Positions 38,347 through 49,176 of a DNA stretch of 55,972 nucleotides are shown in pieces. The notes beneath the pieces were generated by a model. It worked only from the letters and a program-made list of their open reading frames with translations. It had not been told where the DNA came from and did no database searches. Both the position numbers and the translations under genes were made by a program. The stretch is from Candidatus Zixiibacteriota bacterium (lineage in GTDB: Bacteria; UBP14; UBA6098; JBKHBT01), in the NCBI GenBank assembly GCA_046542255.1, contig JBKHBT010000012.1, forward strand, positions 1 through 55,972. Direction: 5' to 3'. Numbering within the stretch: the first letter of the stretch is position 1; each line of letters begins with the position of its first letter.

Positions 38347-38745
38347 TTACCCTATTTCATAAAAGAAATATAAATGATTTATTTTCAATCATAACAGTAA
38401 GTTATGTTAATCACTTAATAAATTTTATATTTTCTTCTTGACAAATGCCCTATAAATTCATAATTATTATATGTCGAATGGTTCAAATGTTTGTGCTTTT
38501 TGGATTATTTTTGAAAAGACATGGCTACTTTCGACGGGGGTTAGAAAGTTTTGGCTTTCTTTATGGGCAAATTCACGGAAAACATTAGAGCCGAATGTGT
38601 TAAATTGGCTATCTGAAATATGGGAGTTTTCTAAATCCATTATCCTGCTGGGAATGGGTATAGAAGCTTGCTCCTGGGGCATAACGGTATTTGCCGAAAT
38701 AATTATTTCGGTTAAAAAATTTAAAAAGTTAAGGTATATAAAGTT

Positions 38746-40044
38746 ATGGCAACCAGGAAATTACCAAAAATTGTCATTGTCGGTAGGCCCAATGTTGGCA
38801 AATCATCGATTTTCAATAGAATATTGGGAAGACGGCAGGCTATTGTCGGGGAAATGCCCGGCGTTACACGTGATGGCGTATCTGCAAAAATAGATTGGAA
38901 TAGAAAGAGTTTTATACTATCGGATTCTGCCGGAGTTACTTTTGAAGATGAGCATTTCCAGAAAAAGGTTATCCATTTCGTAAAGAGAGCAATCGAAGAG
39001 GCGGATTTACTTCTTTTTGTAGTCGAACCAGAGCTTACGGTTTTGGACGAAGAGGTGGCCATGCTCCTTCGAAGATCTTCGAAACCATCGGTAGTCGCAG
39101 TCAATAAAATTGATAATCCTAAGAAAATGTGGCAGAGCGCACTTGCTTCCGAGCTTGGATTCGATGAGATAATGCCGATATCTGCAACAGCAGGGCTTGG
39201 AATCGGTGATCTATTGGACAAAATAATCGAGGAAATGCCAGAAGCGCCAATAGAAGATGAAAAAATCGATATTTCGATTTCTATCGTAGGGCGGCCAAAT
39301 GTCGGAAAATCCACTCTCCTTAATCGAATAATCGGCGATGAAAAAGTGCTCGTCGATAATACGCCAGGAACAACAAGAGATGCCATAGATATCGGTTTCA
39401 ATTACTATAATAAACATCTTACGCTTATCGATACTGCCGGCATCCTGAAAAAACAGCAGGGAATTCAATATTATAGCTCGATTCGAAGCAAACAAGCGAT
39501 TCATAGATCAGATGTTTCGCTTCTATTAGTCGATGCTATTGAAGGTATCGGCAGAATCGAGAAGATAATCGCCAATGAAATTATTTCAAATTATAATGGC
39601 ATAATAATTCTTGTTAATAAATGGGACATTTACGAAGACAAAGATTCTAATACCGCTGAAAGATTTCGTGGAGAACTCCTTTATGATGCAGGATTTCTTA
39701 AATTAGCGCCAATTATTTTCATATCAGCAAAAACCGGGAAAAATATTCACCGAGTGCTGAATAAGGCGATCGAAGTATTCAATGCCCGTCAAAGAAGAAT
39801 AAAAACATCAGAGTTAAATAAATTTTTCGAATATCTATATCCCAGGCTTCCAGGTTCGGGATTTACAGGCACAGGCTTCAAATACATCACTCAGGTTTCC
39901 ACCGAGCCGCCGCATTTTGTTCTATTCCATAAAAATCCTAAAAAGGTTCCAAAGAGCTGGCATAATCAGATCAAAAATGCAATTCGCGAAGAATATGATT
40001 TTCACGGTGTGCCGATTAAAATATCAGTAAAGGCAAAGAAATGA
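38746..40044 (+). CDS. der: Ribosome-biogenesis GTPase Der (EngA)
   Basis: Two tandem GTPase domains (GRPNVGKSS twice; DTAG/DTPG; NKID/NKWD) plus a C-terminal KH-like domain. Confidence 0.9.
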   Translation: MATRKLPKIVIVGRPNVGKSSIFNRILGRRQAIVGEMPGVTRDGVSAKIDWNRKSFILSDSAGVTFEDEHFQKKVIHFVKRAIEEADLLLFVVEPELTVLDEEVAMLLRRSSKPSVVAVNKIDNPKKMWQSALASELGFDEIMPISATAGLGIGDLLDKIIEEMPEAPIEDEKIDISISIVGRPNVGKSTLLNRIIGDEKVLVDNTPGTTRDAIDIGFNYYNKHLTLIDTAGILKKQQGIQYYSSIRSKQAIHRSDVSLLLVDAIEGIGRIEKIIANEIISNYNGIIILVNKWDIYEDKDSNTAERFRGELLYDAGFLKLAPIIFISAKTGKNIHRVLNKAIEVFNARQRRIKTSELNKFFEYLYPRLPGSGFTGTGFKYITQVSTEPPHFVLFHKNPKKVPKSWHNQIKNAIREEYDFHGVPIKISVKAKK

Positions 40045-40673
40045 TAGGCAAAATCGACATATTACTAATATTAGCAGGATATTTAATAGGCTCCGTACCC
40101 AATGGTTATCTTATTGTAAAAGCCAAAAAAGGCATCGATATTCGTGATACAGGAAGCGGCGCAATAGGTGCTACAAATGTTTCTCGAGTACTTGGAACTA
40201 AATATTTCATGATAGTCAGCCTTCTGGATGTTTTGAAGGGAGTTTTAGCAGTAGCTATAGCTGCTTTAATTACAGGCAACCCATTCGGTAGCCTCATACC
40301 TGTTTTAGCAGGTTTTCTGGCTGTATTGGGCCATATTTTCCCGATTTGGCTCAAATTCAAAGGCGGAAAGGGTGTTAATACATCATTGGGTGTTGCTATT
40401 ATGGTTTTCCCGCTGGGAGTTCTTATGGCGATTCTTGTCTTTGCAATGGTTTTTGCTATTGGCAAATTTGTTTCGGCAGCATCACTTTCGGCCGGTCTAT
40501 TCTATATGATATCGGCTATTGTGATGCGCTATTACTTCAAAGTAGATATTTCAAATGCAGTAATCGGCTTTTCCATATTTCTGCCGATACTTTTCATATT
40601 AACACATAAAGAGAATATCAAACGTCTCCTTAAAGGCAAGGAGAACAGGTTTGGCAAAAATAAAAATAGGTAA
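40041..40673 (+). CDS. plsY: Glycerol-3-phosphate acyltransferase PlsY
   Basis: GSGAIGATNV motif and a multi-TM protein. It overlaps the der stop, giving the common der-plsY arrangement. Confidence 0.85.
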   Translation: MIGKIDILLILAGYLIGSVPNGYLIVKAKKGIDIRDTGSGAIGATNVSRVLGTKYFMIVSLLDVLKGVLAVAIAALITGNPFGSLIPVLAGFLAVLGHIFPIWLKFKGGKGVNTSLGVAIMVFPLGVLMAILVFAMVFAIGKFVSAASLSAGLFYMISAIVMRYYFKVDISNAVIGFSIFLPILFILTHKENIKRLLKGKENRFGKNKNR

Positions 40674-40681
40674 AGGTTAAA

Positions 40682-41059
40682 ATGGCAAAAAAGTATACAA
40701 AACTTTACTATTCCATTACCGAAGTCGGCGAGATTCTCAATCTCAAGCCACATATCCTGCGTTACTGGGAAACGGAATTTCCTATTCTGCATCCCAAAAA
40801 GAATCGCGCAGGAAATCGTGCCTACCGTAAAAAAGATATTGATATCGCAACGACTATCAAATATCTTCTCTATGAAGAAGGCTATACAATCGAAGGCGCA
40901 AGGAAAAAGCTTCAATGGCTGAAGGAACAGGATATCAATATCCGCACTTATCCGCAAAAAGCAGCAGCAGTTGCTAATAAAGTCACTGTACCACAGCTAA
41001 TTGGAGTTCTTCGTGAGGTAAGGGATGGTTTACAGGATATGAGACAAATGCTTACTTAA
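40682..41059 (+). CDS. MerR-family HTH transcriptional regulator (small)
   Basis: YSITEVGEILNLKPHILRYWETEFPIL...RAYRKKDI fits the MerR-type HTH. Confidence 0.55.
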   Translation: MAKKYTKLYYSITEVGEILNLKPHILRYWETEFPILHPKKNRAGNRAYRKKDIDIATTIKYLLYEEGYTIEGARKKLQWLKEQDINIRTYPQKAAAVANKVTVPQLIGVLREVRDGLQDMRQMLT

Positions 41060-41140
41060 GCTTTTTATCCACTTTCAAATTGCATAAGCTTTGACAATGC
41101 ATTAGATTAAATGAAGATAAAATTTTCAAGGAAGAATTGA

Positions 41141-44050
41141 ATGACAAATAGCATTTTTGCCGGACGCGAAAAAGAATTATCTATTCTAGACAATGTTAAT
41201 AAGAAGCTACAGCTTGGAAAACCGATACCTATTTATACTTTCTTTGGTAGGATCGGCCTGGGTAAAACAACCCTTCTTAATAAAATAATCGAACAATCTT
41301 CGAGCGTATTTCCGGGTTATTTCATAAATTCCATTTTTATGCCCAAGACACCTATCGAATTCATCCATAGAATTTGTTTAGAAATAACTAAAAATTTCGG
41401 TGCAGAATTCCCAAGAACCGGAATGATTCTTGCTAGAATTAAACTTATGATCGAATTAAATGAATTTGAAATCGATGGTACCTTCAATTTCAGAAATAAT
41501 ACTCTCGCCCGAGATGAAGATGACATATATCCTCAGGTTAAATATTTTTTCAAAGAACTTTTCGGCAAAGACTTCTACCAGTTATTCCTTGGACTCGAGT
41601 TGCGCGAGCTAATTGGAATTTTGCCCATAGCTTTTGGAAAAGATATCGACTCGATGATTTCGGATAATTCCCTTCGCGGTTTCATTCTGGCCATCGATGA
41701 TATCGATGATCTTAAACTACTACCCTGCTCCTGGCTTTTGAAAATAAAACAGCAAAGCCACAGAATACTTCTTCTTTTTACTTCCGAAAACCCTATCGAA
41801 CACCAAAAGATAGAAAATATTCAGGCACGGAGCTTTACAAAAAGTGACTTCTTTACCTTTCTTAGAAAAAAGGGAATTAATATCGAACCTGTTTCTCAAG
41901 ATATTGATTTCGAAAGTGCTATGCTTCGAGTTCCATTCTGGACAAATCTCTTTGCAGAAAATCTGCTTAAAAATATATTCCCAAAAGACGGACAGGTAAT
42001 TTCATACGATACAATCGGTGAAAATTTTTGGCAGCAATTGCCCATTCAATACAAAAACCTACTGGGATTGCTTTTTATAATTCCGAAATACAAAATTTCC
42101 AGGCTCGACACAATCATCGATGATTTCGATATTAATGTGATAGATAATGTCATAGTAAAACACCGAAATGAAATCGCTCTTTCAAAATCTTTTGTTGGCT
42201 TTATTGGCAAAAAGCTAAGAGAAGAATCAGAAATTCGGTCTTTTATCAAACAAATTGCAAATAGCAACATTTTCGACAATCCAGCTCTCGATGCCATAAA
42301 TGACAAAGATACAGCTATTTACAATTTAATTAGCGATATCCTAGTAGATATCTATCTCGTTAAGACCGACAATGCTGATAAAATCGCCAATAATTTGGAC
42401 AATATGCTTCGGATATTTCCAATGGTACCTTTCTGGGAATATTTATTACATAGATATCGCGAGATTTACTTTGATTCTGAATTATTACATGAAAATCAGA
42501 AAATAGAAAAGAAAAACCAGGACGGCATCTATCATTTTCTGAATCTTGGAATCTCGCAGATAAATATTTATCTCGACCTGGGCGAATTCAGGGCTGCTAA
42601 GGATGAACTCGATGAAATGGCAGAATATCTTGGTAATATATCTTCCAGTACTCTTTCCGGCATGAATCGCCGTTTTCTACGATGCCTTCTGACATATTCT
42701 GCAATTTCAATATACCGGAATCTTGGCGCAACCGAAAAGATGCTGGCCGAATACGATTCGCTCAAGTTATACTGGCATCGATTATCCGAAGTTTTGCCGA
42801 GGTCATTGCAGGATATTATTTTGATACTCGAAATTCATACCGACCTTGAAAAACTCAAAGACCTAATAATCCTAAGAAGTGAAGGCCTAATGGATGGTTT
42901 CGCAAATATCAACAGGAAACTTCAGAAACTTCGAAAGGGTAAAATGCATTCATATCTTGAATGGTCGATTAATTATCAGAAATCGATATTTCTAAGTTCT
43001 CATCAATCGACCCTCCGTGCACTATCGACTATCCAGCTTTCACGAAAACAGATAATCCAATTTCTAAAAAATATCGAAATCTCTGATAGAAAGAAAACCT
43101 TATTACTGGTTAAATATGGTACAGACTTCGCGGATATGATCAGTGCTTTGAGCGATGCTAATGCTTTCAATAAATATATAAATGATGTAATCAAAAGCCT
43201 AAAATCGATAAAAGAATCGATCTTAGAAAATGACCCTGAGCTCCTTTTCACTTTGGGGCGAGCTTACTTTGTTTCTGGTAATTTCCTCTTTTACCAGAAT
43301 AAATATGTCGAATCTTATTCGCAACTATCGCTGGCGACCGGACTTTATCAAAGGTATTTGGATTTTCGCAAAGACGATAGAAAAATCGAGTCTTTCCTTT
43401 CGGATGCTTATTATTTATGTGGTAGAGCTTCTGAGAAACTTCGCAATTACAAAAATGCACAGGAGCTATTCAAGCTTGCAGAAGATTATACAAGAATGCT
43501 TCTAAAAAGGAAAGAAAATGAAGAATTTCTGCTTACCAGATTAGGAATGATTATTTTCCGAAAATCCAGAGCCTATGAGATCCTTGGATTCGAATCCAAA
43601 AGCAGGGATTCACTGGAAAAGGGAATCAGGATATATGAGCTTCTTTTGAAATCCGGCGCATCCGAACCGCAAAGAGTACTATTCAATCTTGGCCAGGCCC
43701 AGCTTTTCAAGGCCACAACAGTTAAAATGTCCAATCGAGAAGCTCTCGATGTCCTTGAAAAGTCTCTGGAAAATCTTGAAAAATCCGCACGCCTTGGTTT
43801 TGAGAAAAGCTCATCTCTTATCGAGCATATTGGTTCTGTCGCTCTTTCAATATACAATAATGCTATCGATGGCAATGATTATAATGATGCATTTAAGGCG
43901 ACTCTTCTTGCTGGAAAGACTGCGCTTCTTACAGATCATACCAAATTGAAAAACAATACGATTGAATTAATTCTGCAATGGGAGCAATTTCCATTAAATC
44001 AGGAGTATTACCAAATGCTCAAAGACCTTGAAATAAATCTAAAAGACTAA
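41141..44050 (+). CDS. STAND-type P-loop NTPase (AAA_16-like) with a C-terminal TPR-like repeat array
   Basis: FAGREKELSILDNV...YTFFGRIGLGKTTLL (AAA_16 pattern) and Walker B-like LAIDDIDDL. The ~600-aa helical repeat region has TPR-like periodicity. No N-terminal effector domain and no HTH. Confidence 0.5.
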   Translation: MTNSIFAGREKELSILDNVNKKLQLGKPIPIYTFFGRIGLGKTTLLNKIIEQSSSVFPGYFINSIFMPKTPIEFIHRICLEITKNFGAEFPRTGMILARIKLMIELNEFEIDGTFNFRNNTLARDEDDIYPQVKYFFKELFGKDFYQLFLGLELRELIGILPIAFGKDIDSMISDNSLRGFILAIDDIDDLKLLPCSWLLKIKQQSHRILLLFTSENPIEHQKIENIQARSFTKSDFFTFLRKKGINIEPVSQDIDFESAMLRVPFWTNLFAENLLKNIFPKDGQVISYDTIGENFWQQLPIQYKNLLGLLFIIPKYKISRLDTIIDDFDINVIDNVIVKHRNEIALSKSFVGFIGKKLREESEIRSFIKQIANSNIFDNPALDAINDKDTAIYNLISDILVDIYLVKTDNADKIANNLDNMLRIFPMVPFWEYLLHRYREIYFDSELLHENQKIEKKNQDGIYHFLNLGISQINIYLDLGEFRAAKDELDEMAEYLGNISSSTLSGMNRRFLRCLLTYSAISIYRNLGATEKMLAEYDSLKLYWHRLSEVLPRSLQDIILILEIHTDLEKLKDLIILRSEGLMDGFANINRKLQKLRKGKMHSYLEWSINYQKSIFLSSHQSTLRALSTIQLSRKQIIQFLKNIEISDRKKTLLLVKYGTDFADMISALSDANAFNKYINDVIKSLKSIKESILENDPELLFTLGRAYFVSGNFLFYQNKYVESYSQLSLATGLYQRYLDFRKDDRKIESFLSDAYYLCGRASEKLRNYKNAQELFKLAEDYTRMLLKRKENEEFLLTRLGMIIFRKSRAYEILGFESKSRDSLEKGIRIYELLLKSGASEPQRVLFNLGQAQLFKATTVKMSNREALDVLEKSLENLEKSARLGFEKSSSLIEHIGSVALSIYNNAIDGNDYNDAFKATLLAGKTALLTDHTKLKNNTIELILQWEQFPLNQEYYQMLKDLEINLKD

Positions 44051-44210
44051 TCATCTTTCATTAAAACTTCTCCAAATTTGCTTAAAATCCCTGTTTTTAA
44101 TAAAATAAAAAAAAATCTTGTCGATATTAGAGTTTTTACTTGTCATGTTTAAGTAAATATGCTTAATTATGCAAAATTTGTGGTTTATTGGGAAGTTATG
44201 AATATTTATA

Positions 44211-44240
44211 TTGACATAGGGCAAGGCGGCCTTTATATTC
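44211..44240 (+). promoter_or_regulatory. Putative sigma70-type promoter of the S10 ribosomal operon
   Basis: TTGACA at 44211-44216 and TATATT at 44234-44239 with a 17-bp spacer, 28 nt upstream of rpsJ. Confidence 0.4.
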
Positions 44241-44267
44241 ACGACTTGTCTATGCGAAGGAGTTTAG

Positions 44268-44573
44268 ATGGCACAGAAAATGCGAATAAAACTAAGGGCT
44301 TATGACAATGTTATCCTGGACAAATCGGTTCAGGAAATAATTATGACTGCGAAGAAGGCAGGAGCAATCATCTCTGGTCCGGTTCCCCTTCCTACAAAGA
44401 AGCGTGTTTACACGATTCTTCGTTCGCCACATGTCAACAAGCGTTCGAGAGAACAATTCGAGATTCGAATTCATCGTCGCTTGATCGACATACACGAGGC
44501 GGACAGCCGGATTGTGGATGGAATGATGAAGATAGATCTTCCTGCTGGAGTAGATATTGAGTTATTACTATAA
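44268..44573 (+). CDS. rpsJ: 30S ribosomal protein S10
   Basis: Conserved S10 sequence (RIKLRAYD...[11 protein letters not shown]...RSPH). Confidence 0.95.
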   Translation: MAQKMRIKLRAYDNVILDKSVQEIIMTAKKAGAIISGPVPLPTKKRVYTILRSPHVNKRSREQFEIRIHRRLIDIHEADSRIVDGMMKIDLPAGVDIELLL

Positions 44574-44598
44574 TAAGCTCTAATTAGAAGAGGTACAA

Positions 44599-45225
44599 AT
44601 GTTAGGACTATTTGCGAAAAAGGTTGGAATGACAACCATCTTTGGGGAAGATGGCGCTGCCATACCAGTAACCGTCATGCGTGCAGGGCCCTGTAAGGTC
44701 GTTCAGGTAAAAACACCTGACCTCGACAAATACAGTGCTCTTCAACTTGGTTTCGAACCTACCAACAAAAGGGTAACGAAGCCAAAACTTGGACATTTCA
44801 AGAAAGCACGCGTCCAGCCGCACAAAAAAATCGGAGAATTCCGTGTTCCCCCTGATATCGCAGGCAAATACAAAGCCGGCGATACAATAGATGTTTCTAT
44901 TTTTGAAGCAGGAAACAAAGTCTCCTGCACAGGAACTACCAAAGGAAAAGGCTTTCAGGGTACAGTTAGACGCTGGAAATTTGGCGGCGGACCTAAGACT
45001 CATGGCCAAAAGGATAAATTCCGTGCCCCCGGCTCAATTGGTGCAAGCGCTACACCTTCAAAAGTGATAAAAGGCATGAAGATGGCCGGCCAGATGGGCA
45101 ATGCCAGAAGAACAATTAAAGGCCTTAGTGTTGTTAAAGTCGACCAGGAAAACAATCTGCTTCTGGTTAAAGGTTCTGTACCCGGCGCAAAAGGCGGATT
45201 TATTAAAATTGTACAGGAGCGATGA
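44599..45225 (+). CDS. rplC: 50S ribosomal protein L3
   Basis: GLFAKKVGMTTIF... is an L3 signature, and operon position fits. Confidence 0.95.
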   Translation: MLGLFAKKVGMTTIFGEDGAAIPVTVMRAGPCKVVQVKTPDLDKYSALQLGFEPTNKRVTKPKLGHFKKARVQPHKKIGEFRVPPDIAGKYKAGDTIDVSIFEAGNKVSCTGTTKGKGFQGTVRRWKFGGGPKTHGQKDKFRAPGSIGASATPSKVIKGMKMAGQMGNARRTIKGLSVVKVDQENNLLLVKGSVPGAKGGFIKIVQER

Positions 45226-45860
45226 AGATGTTAAAAGCAGCACTTTATAATTCAAATGGTGAAAATGCTGGCGATATTGAGCTTCCAGTTGATATTTTTG
45301 GAATAGAACCCAATGAAGCTGTTGTTCATCAATACGTTAAGGCATATTTAGCAAATCAAAGGCAGGGTTCCGCCAAAGTAAAAACAAGGTCAGAAGTTTC
45401 TGGCGGCGGTAGAAAACCTTGGCGTCAAAAAGGCACGGGTAGGGCAAGAGTCGGTACGATTAGGTCTCCATTATGGAGACACGGTGGTGTCATATTCGGG
45501 CCATCTCCAAGATCTTATCGAAGCAGATTACCCAAAAAAATGAAAAGACTCGCATTGCTTTCGGTTCTATCCGACAGAGCAAGTGAAGAAAAAATCGATA
45601 TCATAGAATCGCCAAAAATTGATAAACCTTCTACAAGAGAAGTGAAATCATTAATCAACAAAGTTGAAACCGGCGATGATAAGAAAATCCTTATGGTTAC
45701 TGCCAAATCTGATAAGAATATCTATCTTTCAGCAAGAAATATCAAAGGATTAGAGATCAGTCATATGGGTGAGCTAAATACTTACCAGATATTGAAAGCT
45801 GATAGAGTTATCTTTACCTCGGATGCACTAAATCTTATGAAGGAGCTATGGACATCATGA
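45222..45860 (+). CDS. rplD: 50S ribosomal protein L4
   Basis: [16 protein letters not shown] motif. Confidence 0.95.
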   Translation: MKMLKAALYNSNGENAGDIELPVDIFGIEPNEAVVHQYVKAYLANQRQGSAKVKTRSEVSGGGRKPWRQKGTGRARVGTIRSPLWRHGGVIFGPSPRSYRSRLPKKMKRLALLSVLSDRASEEKIDIIESPKIDKPSTREVKSLINKVETGDDKKILMVTAKSDKNIYLSARNIKGLEISHMGELNTYQILKADRVIFTSDALNLMKELWTS

Positions 45861-46147
45861 AGAACCCAAGAGATATTATTATAGCGCCGCTTCTTACAGA
45901 AAAAAGCACCTTGAAAAGAGAAGCTGAGAATGTATATTCTTTCAAAGTTGCTAGAGGCGCGAATAAAAGGCAGATCAAGGAAGCTTTCGAGGAACTTTTC
46001 AAGGTCGAAGTAATTTCTGTAAATACAATGAATAACTTAGGCAAGATGCGAAGAATGGGCAGATTCACAGGAAGACGCCCTTCATGGAAAAAAGCAAATG
46101 TCAAACTCGCTCCAGGTGGAACGATACCGATATTTGAAGGCATTTAA
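45848..46147 (+). CDS. rplW: 50S ribosomal protein L23
   Basis: [11 protein letters not shown]...FKV motif and operon position. Confidence 0.9.
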   Translation: MDIMKNPRDIIIAPLLTEKSTLKREAENVYSFKVARGANKRQIKEAFEELFKVEVISVNTMNNLGKMRRMGRFTGRRPSWKKANVKLAPGGTIPIFEGI

Positions 46148-46170
46148 TTAGGAAATAAAGGAAATTTAAA

Positions 46171-47001
46171 ATGGGTACAAAAAGGTATAAACCCACAACA
46201 CCAACTCAACGCTACCGCGAGATCAATAGTTACGAAGAATTGACTCGCTCGAAACCAGAAAAATCTCTACTCCGCAAGCATACCAAAACCGGTGGTAGAA
46301 ATGCTGATGGTAGAATTACGGTTCGAGGTAGAAGCGGTGGCAATAAGAGAAGGTACAGGGTTATCGATTTCAAGCGAGATAAGCATGATATTCCTGCAAG
46401 GGTAGTATCTATTGAATACGATCCCAATAGAACTGCTTTTATATCTCTTGTGCATTATGCTGACGGAGAAAAGCGTTATATTCTCGCAACACAGAAAAGC
46501 AAAGTAGGCGATGAGATCATAGCTGGCGAAAATGCACCTTTCAAGAATGGATGCGCATTGCCGCTTCGTGCGATACCTCTTGGTACGAGAGTACATAATA
46601 TCGAAATGCAACCCAAAGGCGGCGGTAAGATTGTGCGGGCTGCTGGACAGAGCGCTCAGATTGTCGGCCGTGAGAAGGGTTTTGTCATTTTAAGGCTCCC
46701 GTCCAGAGAAATCCGCATGTTCCCGGGCGATTGTTTTGCGACTATCGGAATTATATCAAATCCCGATAATTCAAATATTACATATGGAAAAGCAGGCGCC
46801 CGAAGATGGATTGGACGCTCACCAAAAGTAAGAGGTATGGCTATGAATCCGATCGACCATCCTCACGGCGGTGGAGAAGGCAGAAACAAGGGTTACAAAA
46901 GGCCTACATCACCAACTGGTGTCCCATCTAAGGGCTATAAGACAAGAAATCCAAAGAAGAAGTCTAATCGACACATATTAAAGAATAGGAAGTCGAAGTA
47001 G
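46171..47001 (+). CDS. rplB: 50S ribosomal protein L2
   Basis: HPHGGGEGR motif; 276 aa. Confidence 0.95.
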   Translation: MGTKRYKPTTPTQRYREINSYEELTRSKPEKSLLRKHTKTGGRNADGRITVRGRSGGNKRRYRVIDFKRDKHDIPARVVSIEYDPNRTAFISLVHYADGEKRYILATQKSKVGDEIIAGENAPFKNGCALPLRAIPLGTRVHNIEMQPKGGGKIVRAAGQSAQIVGREKGFVILRLPSREIRMFPGDCFATIGIISNPDNSNITYGKAGARRWIGRSPKVRGMAMNPIDHPHGGGEGRNKGYKRPTSPTGVPSKGYKTRNPKKKSNRHILKNRKSK

Positions 47002-47002
47002 T

Positions 47003-47278
47003 ATGGCAAGATCATTAAAAAAAGGACCGTATGTAGATCCAAAGCTGCTTAAGAAGATTGAAGAACTTAATGAGTCCGGCCAGCAGAAGGTCGTAAAGAC
47101 TTATTCACGCGCATGTACAATTGTTCCGGAATTCATCGGACACACTATATCAGTGCACAATGGCCACAAATTCATACCAGTTTACATAACCGAAAACTTA
47201 GTCGGCCATAAACTTGGTGAATTCTCGCTTACAAGAACTTTCCGCGGACATGGCGGCTCAAAAGTAACCGAGGCGTAA
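47003..47278 (+). CDS. rpsS: 30S ribosomal protein S19
   Basis: SLKKGPYVD...[13 protein letters not shown]. Confidence 0.95.
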   Translation: MARSLKKGPYVDPKLLKKIEELNESGQQKVVKTYSRACTIVPEFIGHTISVHNGHKFIPVYITENLVGHKLGEFSLTRTFRGHGGSKVTEA

Positions 47279-47359
47279 TATTTTATAAGCCTAAAGCTTC
47301 TTAAGTGCTTGTTAAAACAAGATTTATAAAGCGCTTTTATTTAGGAGGAATTAATAAAT

Positions 47360-47704
47360 ATGGTATCAAAAGCTAGAGCAAAATATGTCAGGATTTCGCC
47401 CAAGAAGCTAAGGCTTATTACAGGCGAACTGAAAGGGCAACCAGCTCAGGAAAGTTTGCAGAAACTATCTCTGCAAAAAACCCGAATTGCATCGATCGCA
47501 GAAAACACATTGAAACAGGCTGTCGCAAATGCTTTATCCGAATCGAATGAAATCGATGAAGAGGACCTCTTTATCAAGAAAATTTATGTCGATAAAGCTA
47601 ATCATCTGCCAAGATTCCGTGCAGGTGCAATGGGACGTTATAAGCCCTTAAAGCATCGCTACAGCCATTTAACAATAGAACTCGACCAATACGAAATTAA
47701 ATAA
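47360..47704 (+). CDS. rplV: 50S ribosomal protein L22
   Basis: AKYVRISPKKLRL... and operon position. Confidence 0.9.
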   Translation: MVSKARAKYVRISPKKLRLITGELKGQPAQESLQKLSLQKTRIASIAENTLKQAVANALSESNEIDEEDLFIKKIYVDKANHLPRFRAGAMGRYKPLKHRYSHLTIELDQYEIK

Positions 47705-47715
47705 AGGGGATTATT

Positions 47716-48453
47716 TTGGGTCAGAAATCACATCCTATAGCCACAAGGCTCGGTATTTCCAGAGGCTGGAATTCTAATTGGTTTTCTCAGGGAAAAGATT
47801 TTGTTACTAATCTACAAGAGGATATCAAAATCAGAGAATACACTTTAACCCGCCTGGATGATGCCGATGTATCTAGTGTCGAGATTCTTCGTTCCCCAAA
47901 GCGTGTAGTGATAAATGTTTACACCGCAAGACCGGGCATTGTTATCGGTAAAAGCGGTATTCGCGTTGAGGGATTCAAAAAAGAACTCGAACACCTTACA
48001 AGCAAAGAAATACAACTGAATGTACTCGAAATTAATAAACCGGAACTCGATGCATACCTTGTATCTAAGAATATTGCCCGACAGCTCGAAGGCCGTGTAA
48101 ATCATCGTCGTGCGATGAAAAGGGCCATTACGCAGTCCATGCGAATGGGCGCAAAAGGCATTAAGATAATCTGCCGTGGCAGACTTCGTGGTGCAGAAAT
48201 TGCGCATCATGAAGCTTATCAAGAAGGTCTCGTACCACTCCATACATATCGAGCAAAAATCGATTATGCCAAAACAACGGCACATACTACTTATGGCTCG
48301 GTTGGAGTTAAGGTATGGATCTGCAAAGGCGAAGTTCTTGGCGGAATGAGAGAGGTTCTCGAGATGGAAGAATTTGCGGCCAAAAAGCGCCAGAAACGAT
48401 CGCGTGGTGGCGGCGGCAAACGAAGGCCTCGTTCCGGTTCAAGAAGGCGTTAA
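47716..48453 (+). CDS. rpsC: 30S ribosomal protein S3
   Basis: MGQKSHPIATRLGISRGWNSNWF is a KH-domain S3 signature. Confidence 0.95.
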   Translation: MGQKSHPIATRLGISRGWNSNWFSQGKDFVTNLQEDIKIREYTLTRLDDADVSSVEILRSPKRVVINVYTARPGIVIGKSGIRVEGFKKELEHLTSKEIQLNVLEINKPELDAYLVSKNIARQLEGRVNHRRAMKRAITQSMRMGAKGIKIICRGRLRGAEIAHHEAYQEGLVPLHTYRAKIDYAKTTAHTTYGSVGVKVWICKGEVLGGMREVLEMEEFAAKKRQKRSRGGGGKRRPRSGSRRR

Positions 48454-48477
48454 TAGTAATTTACTCAGGAGAAAATA

Positions 48478-48906
48478 ATGTTACAACCAACAAGATCAAA
48501 ATATCGCAAACATCATCGAGGCCGAATGAAAGGCAATGCCCAAAGAGGCAATTCTCTGAATTTCGGTGATTTTGGTATGAAGGCATTAGAACCTGGATGG
48601 ATTACTGCAAATCAGATAGAATCAGCTCGTGTTGCAGTTATGCGCCATGTTAAAAGAAGCGGAAAATTATGGATCAATATATTCCCGCAGAAAGTTGTTA
48701 CGAAAACAGCGGCTGAAACAAGAATGGGAAAAGGAAAAGGCGCTCCCGATCATTGGGTTGCAGTAGTTAAACCAGGTAGAATAATGATGGAACTTTCAGG
48801 TGTCGATGAAAAAGTAGCTTATAATGCATTCAAGCTCGCAGCCAGAAAAATGCCGATTAAGACAAGATTCTTCAGTAAAGCTACCAGGGAAGGTGCGAGA
48901 TTATGA
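48478..48906 (+). CDS. rplP: 50S ribosomal protein L16
   Basis: [15 protein letters not shown]...[23 protein letters not shown]. Confidence 0.95.
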   Translation: MLQPTRSKYRKHHRGRMKGNAQRGNSLNFGDFGMKALEPGWITANQIESARVAVMRHVKRSGKLWINIFPQKVVTKTAAETRMGKGKGAPDHWVAVVKPGRIMMELSGVDEKVAYNAFKLAARKMPIKTRFFSKATREGARL

Positions 48907-49115
48907 AGACATTCCAACTTCGCGATATGACTGAAGAGCAGCTTATTGCTCATATGTTTGAAGTTGAAGAAGAAATCTTCAACCTTCGTATGCAGAAAGC
49001 AATAAAGCAAATTCCAGATGTGAAAAAGCTATCTAATCTCAAGCACGAACTTGCCAGGTGTAAGACCATTTTGCAAGAACATAACGATGGCATACGCAAG
49101 TTAAAAGGCGCTTGA
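48903..49115 (+). CDS. rpmC: 50S ribosomal protein L29
   Basis: LRDMTEEQL...[11 protein letters not shown]; ~70 aa. Confidence 0.9.
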   Translation: MKTFQLRDMTEEQLIAHMFEVEEEIFNLRMQKAIKQIPDVKKLSNLKHELARCKTILQEHNDGIRKLKGA

Positions 49116-49130
49116 TTTTTCAAAGTATTA

Positions 49131-49165
49131 AAATCCTGCTTTCCCGGGCAGGATTTTAATATTTT
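49131..49165 (+). terminator. Rho-independent terminator after rpmC
   Basis: 9-bp stem AAAATCCTG/CAGGATTTT with a CTTTCCCGGG loop, followed by a T-rich tail. Confidence 0.55.
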
Positions 49166-49176
49166 AAAGAGTAAAT

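Noticed and set aside
38471-38893. 140-aa plus-strand ORF overlapping the der start
   Set aside because: It overlaps the well-supported der gene in another frame and has no motifs. It is probably spurious. The antisense ORF 38721-39401 is rejected likewise.
47279-47359. Intra-operon terminator between rpsS and rplV
   Set aside because: The short palindromes have stems of only 5-6 bp and are not followed by a convincing U-run. The spacer more likely carries an RNA processing or ribosomal-protein autoregulation site, or nothing.
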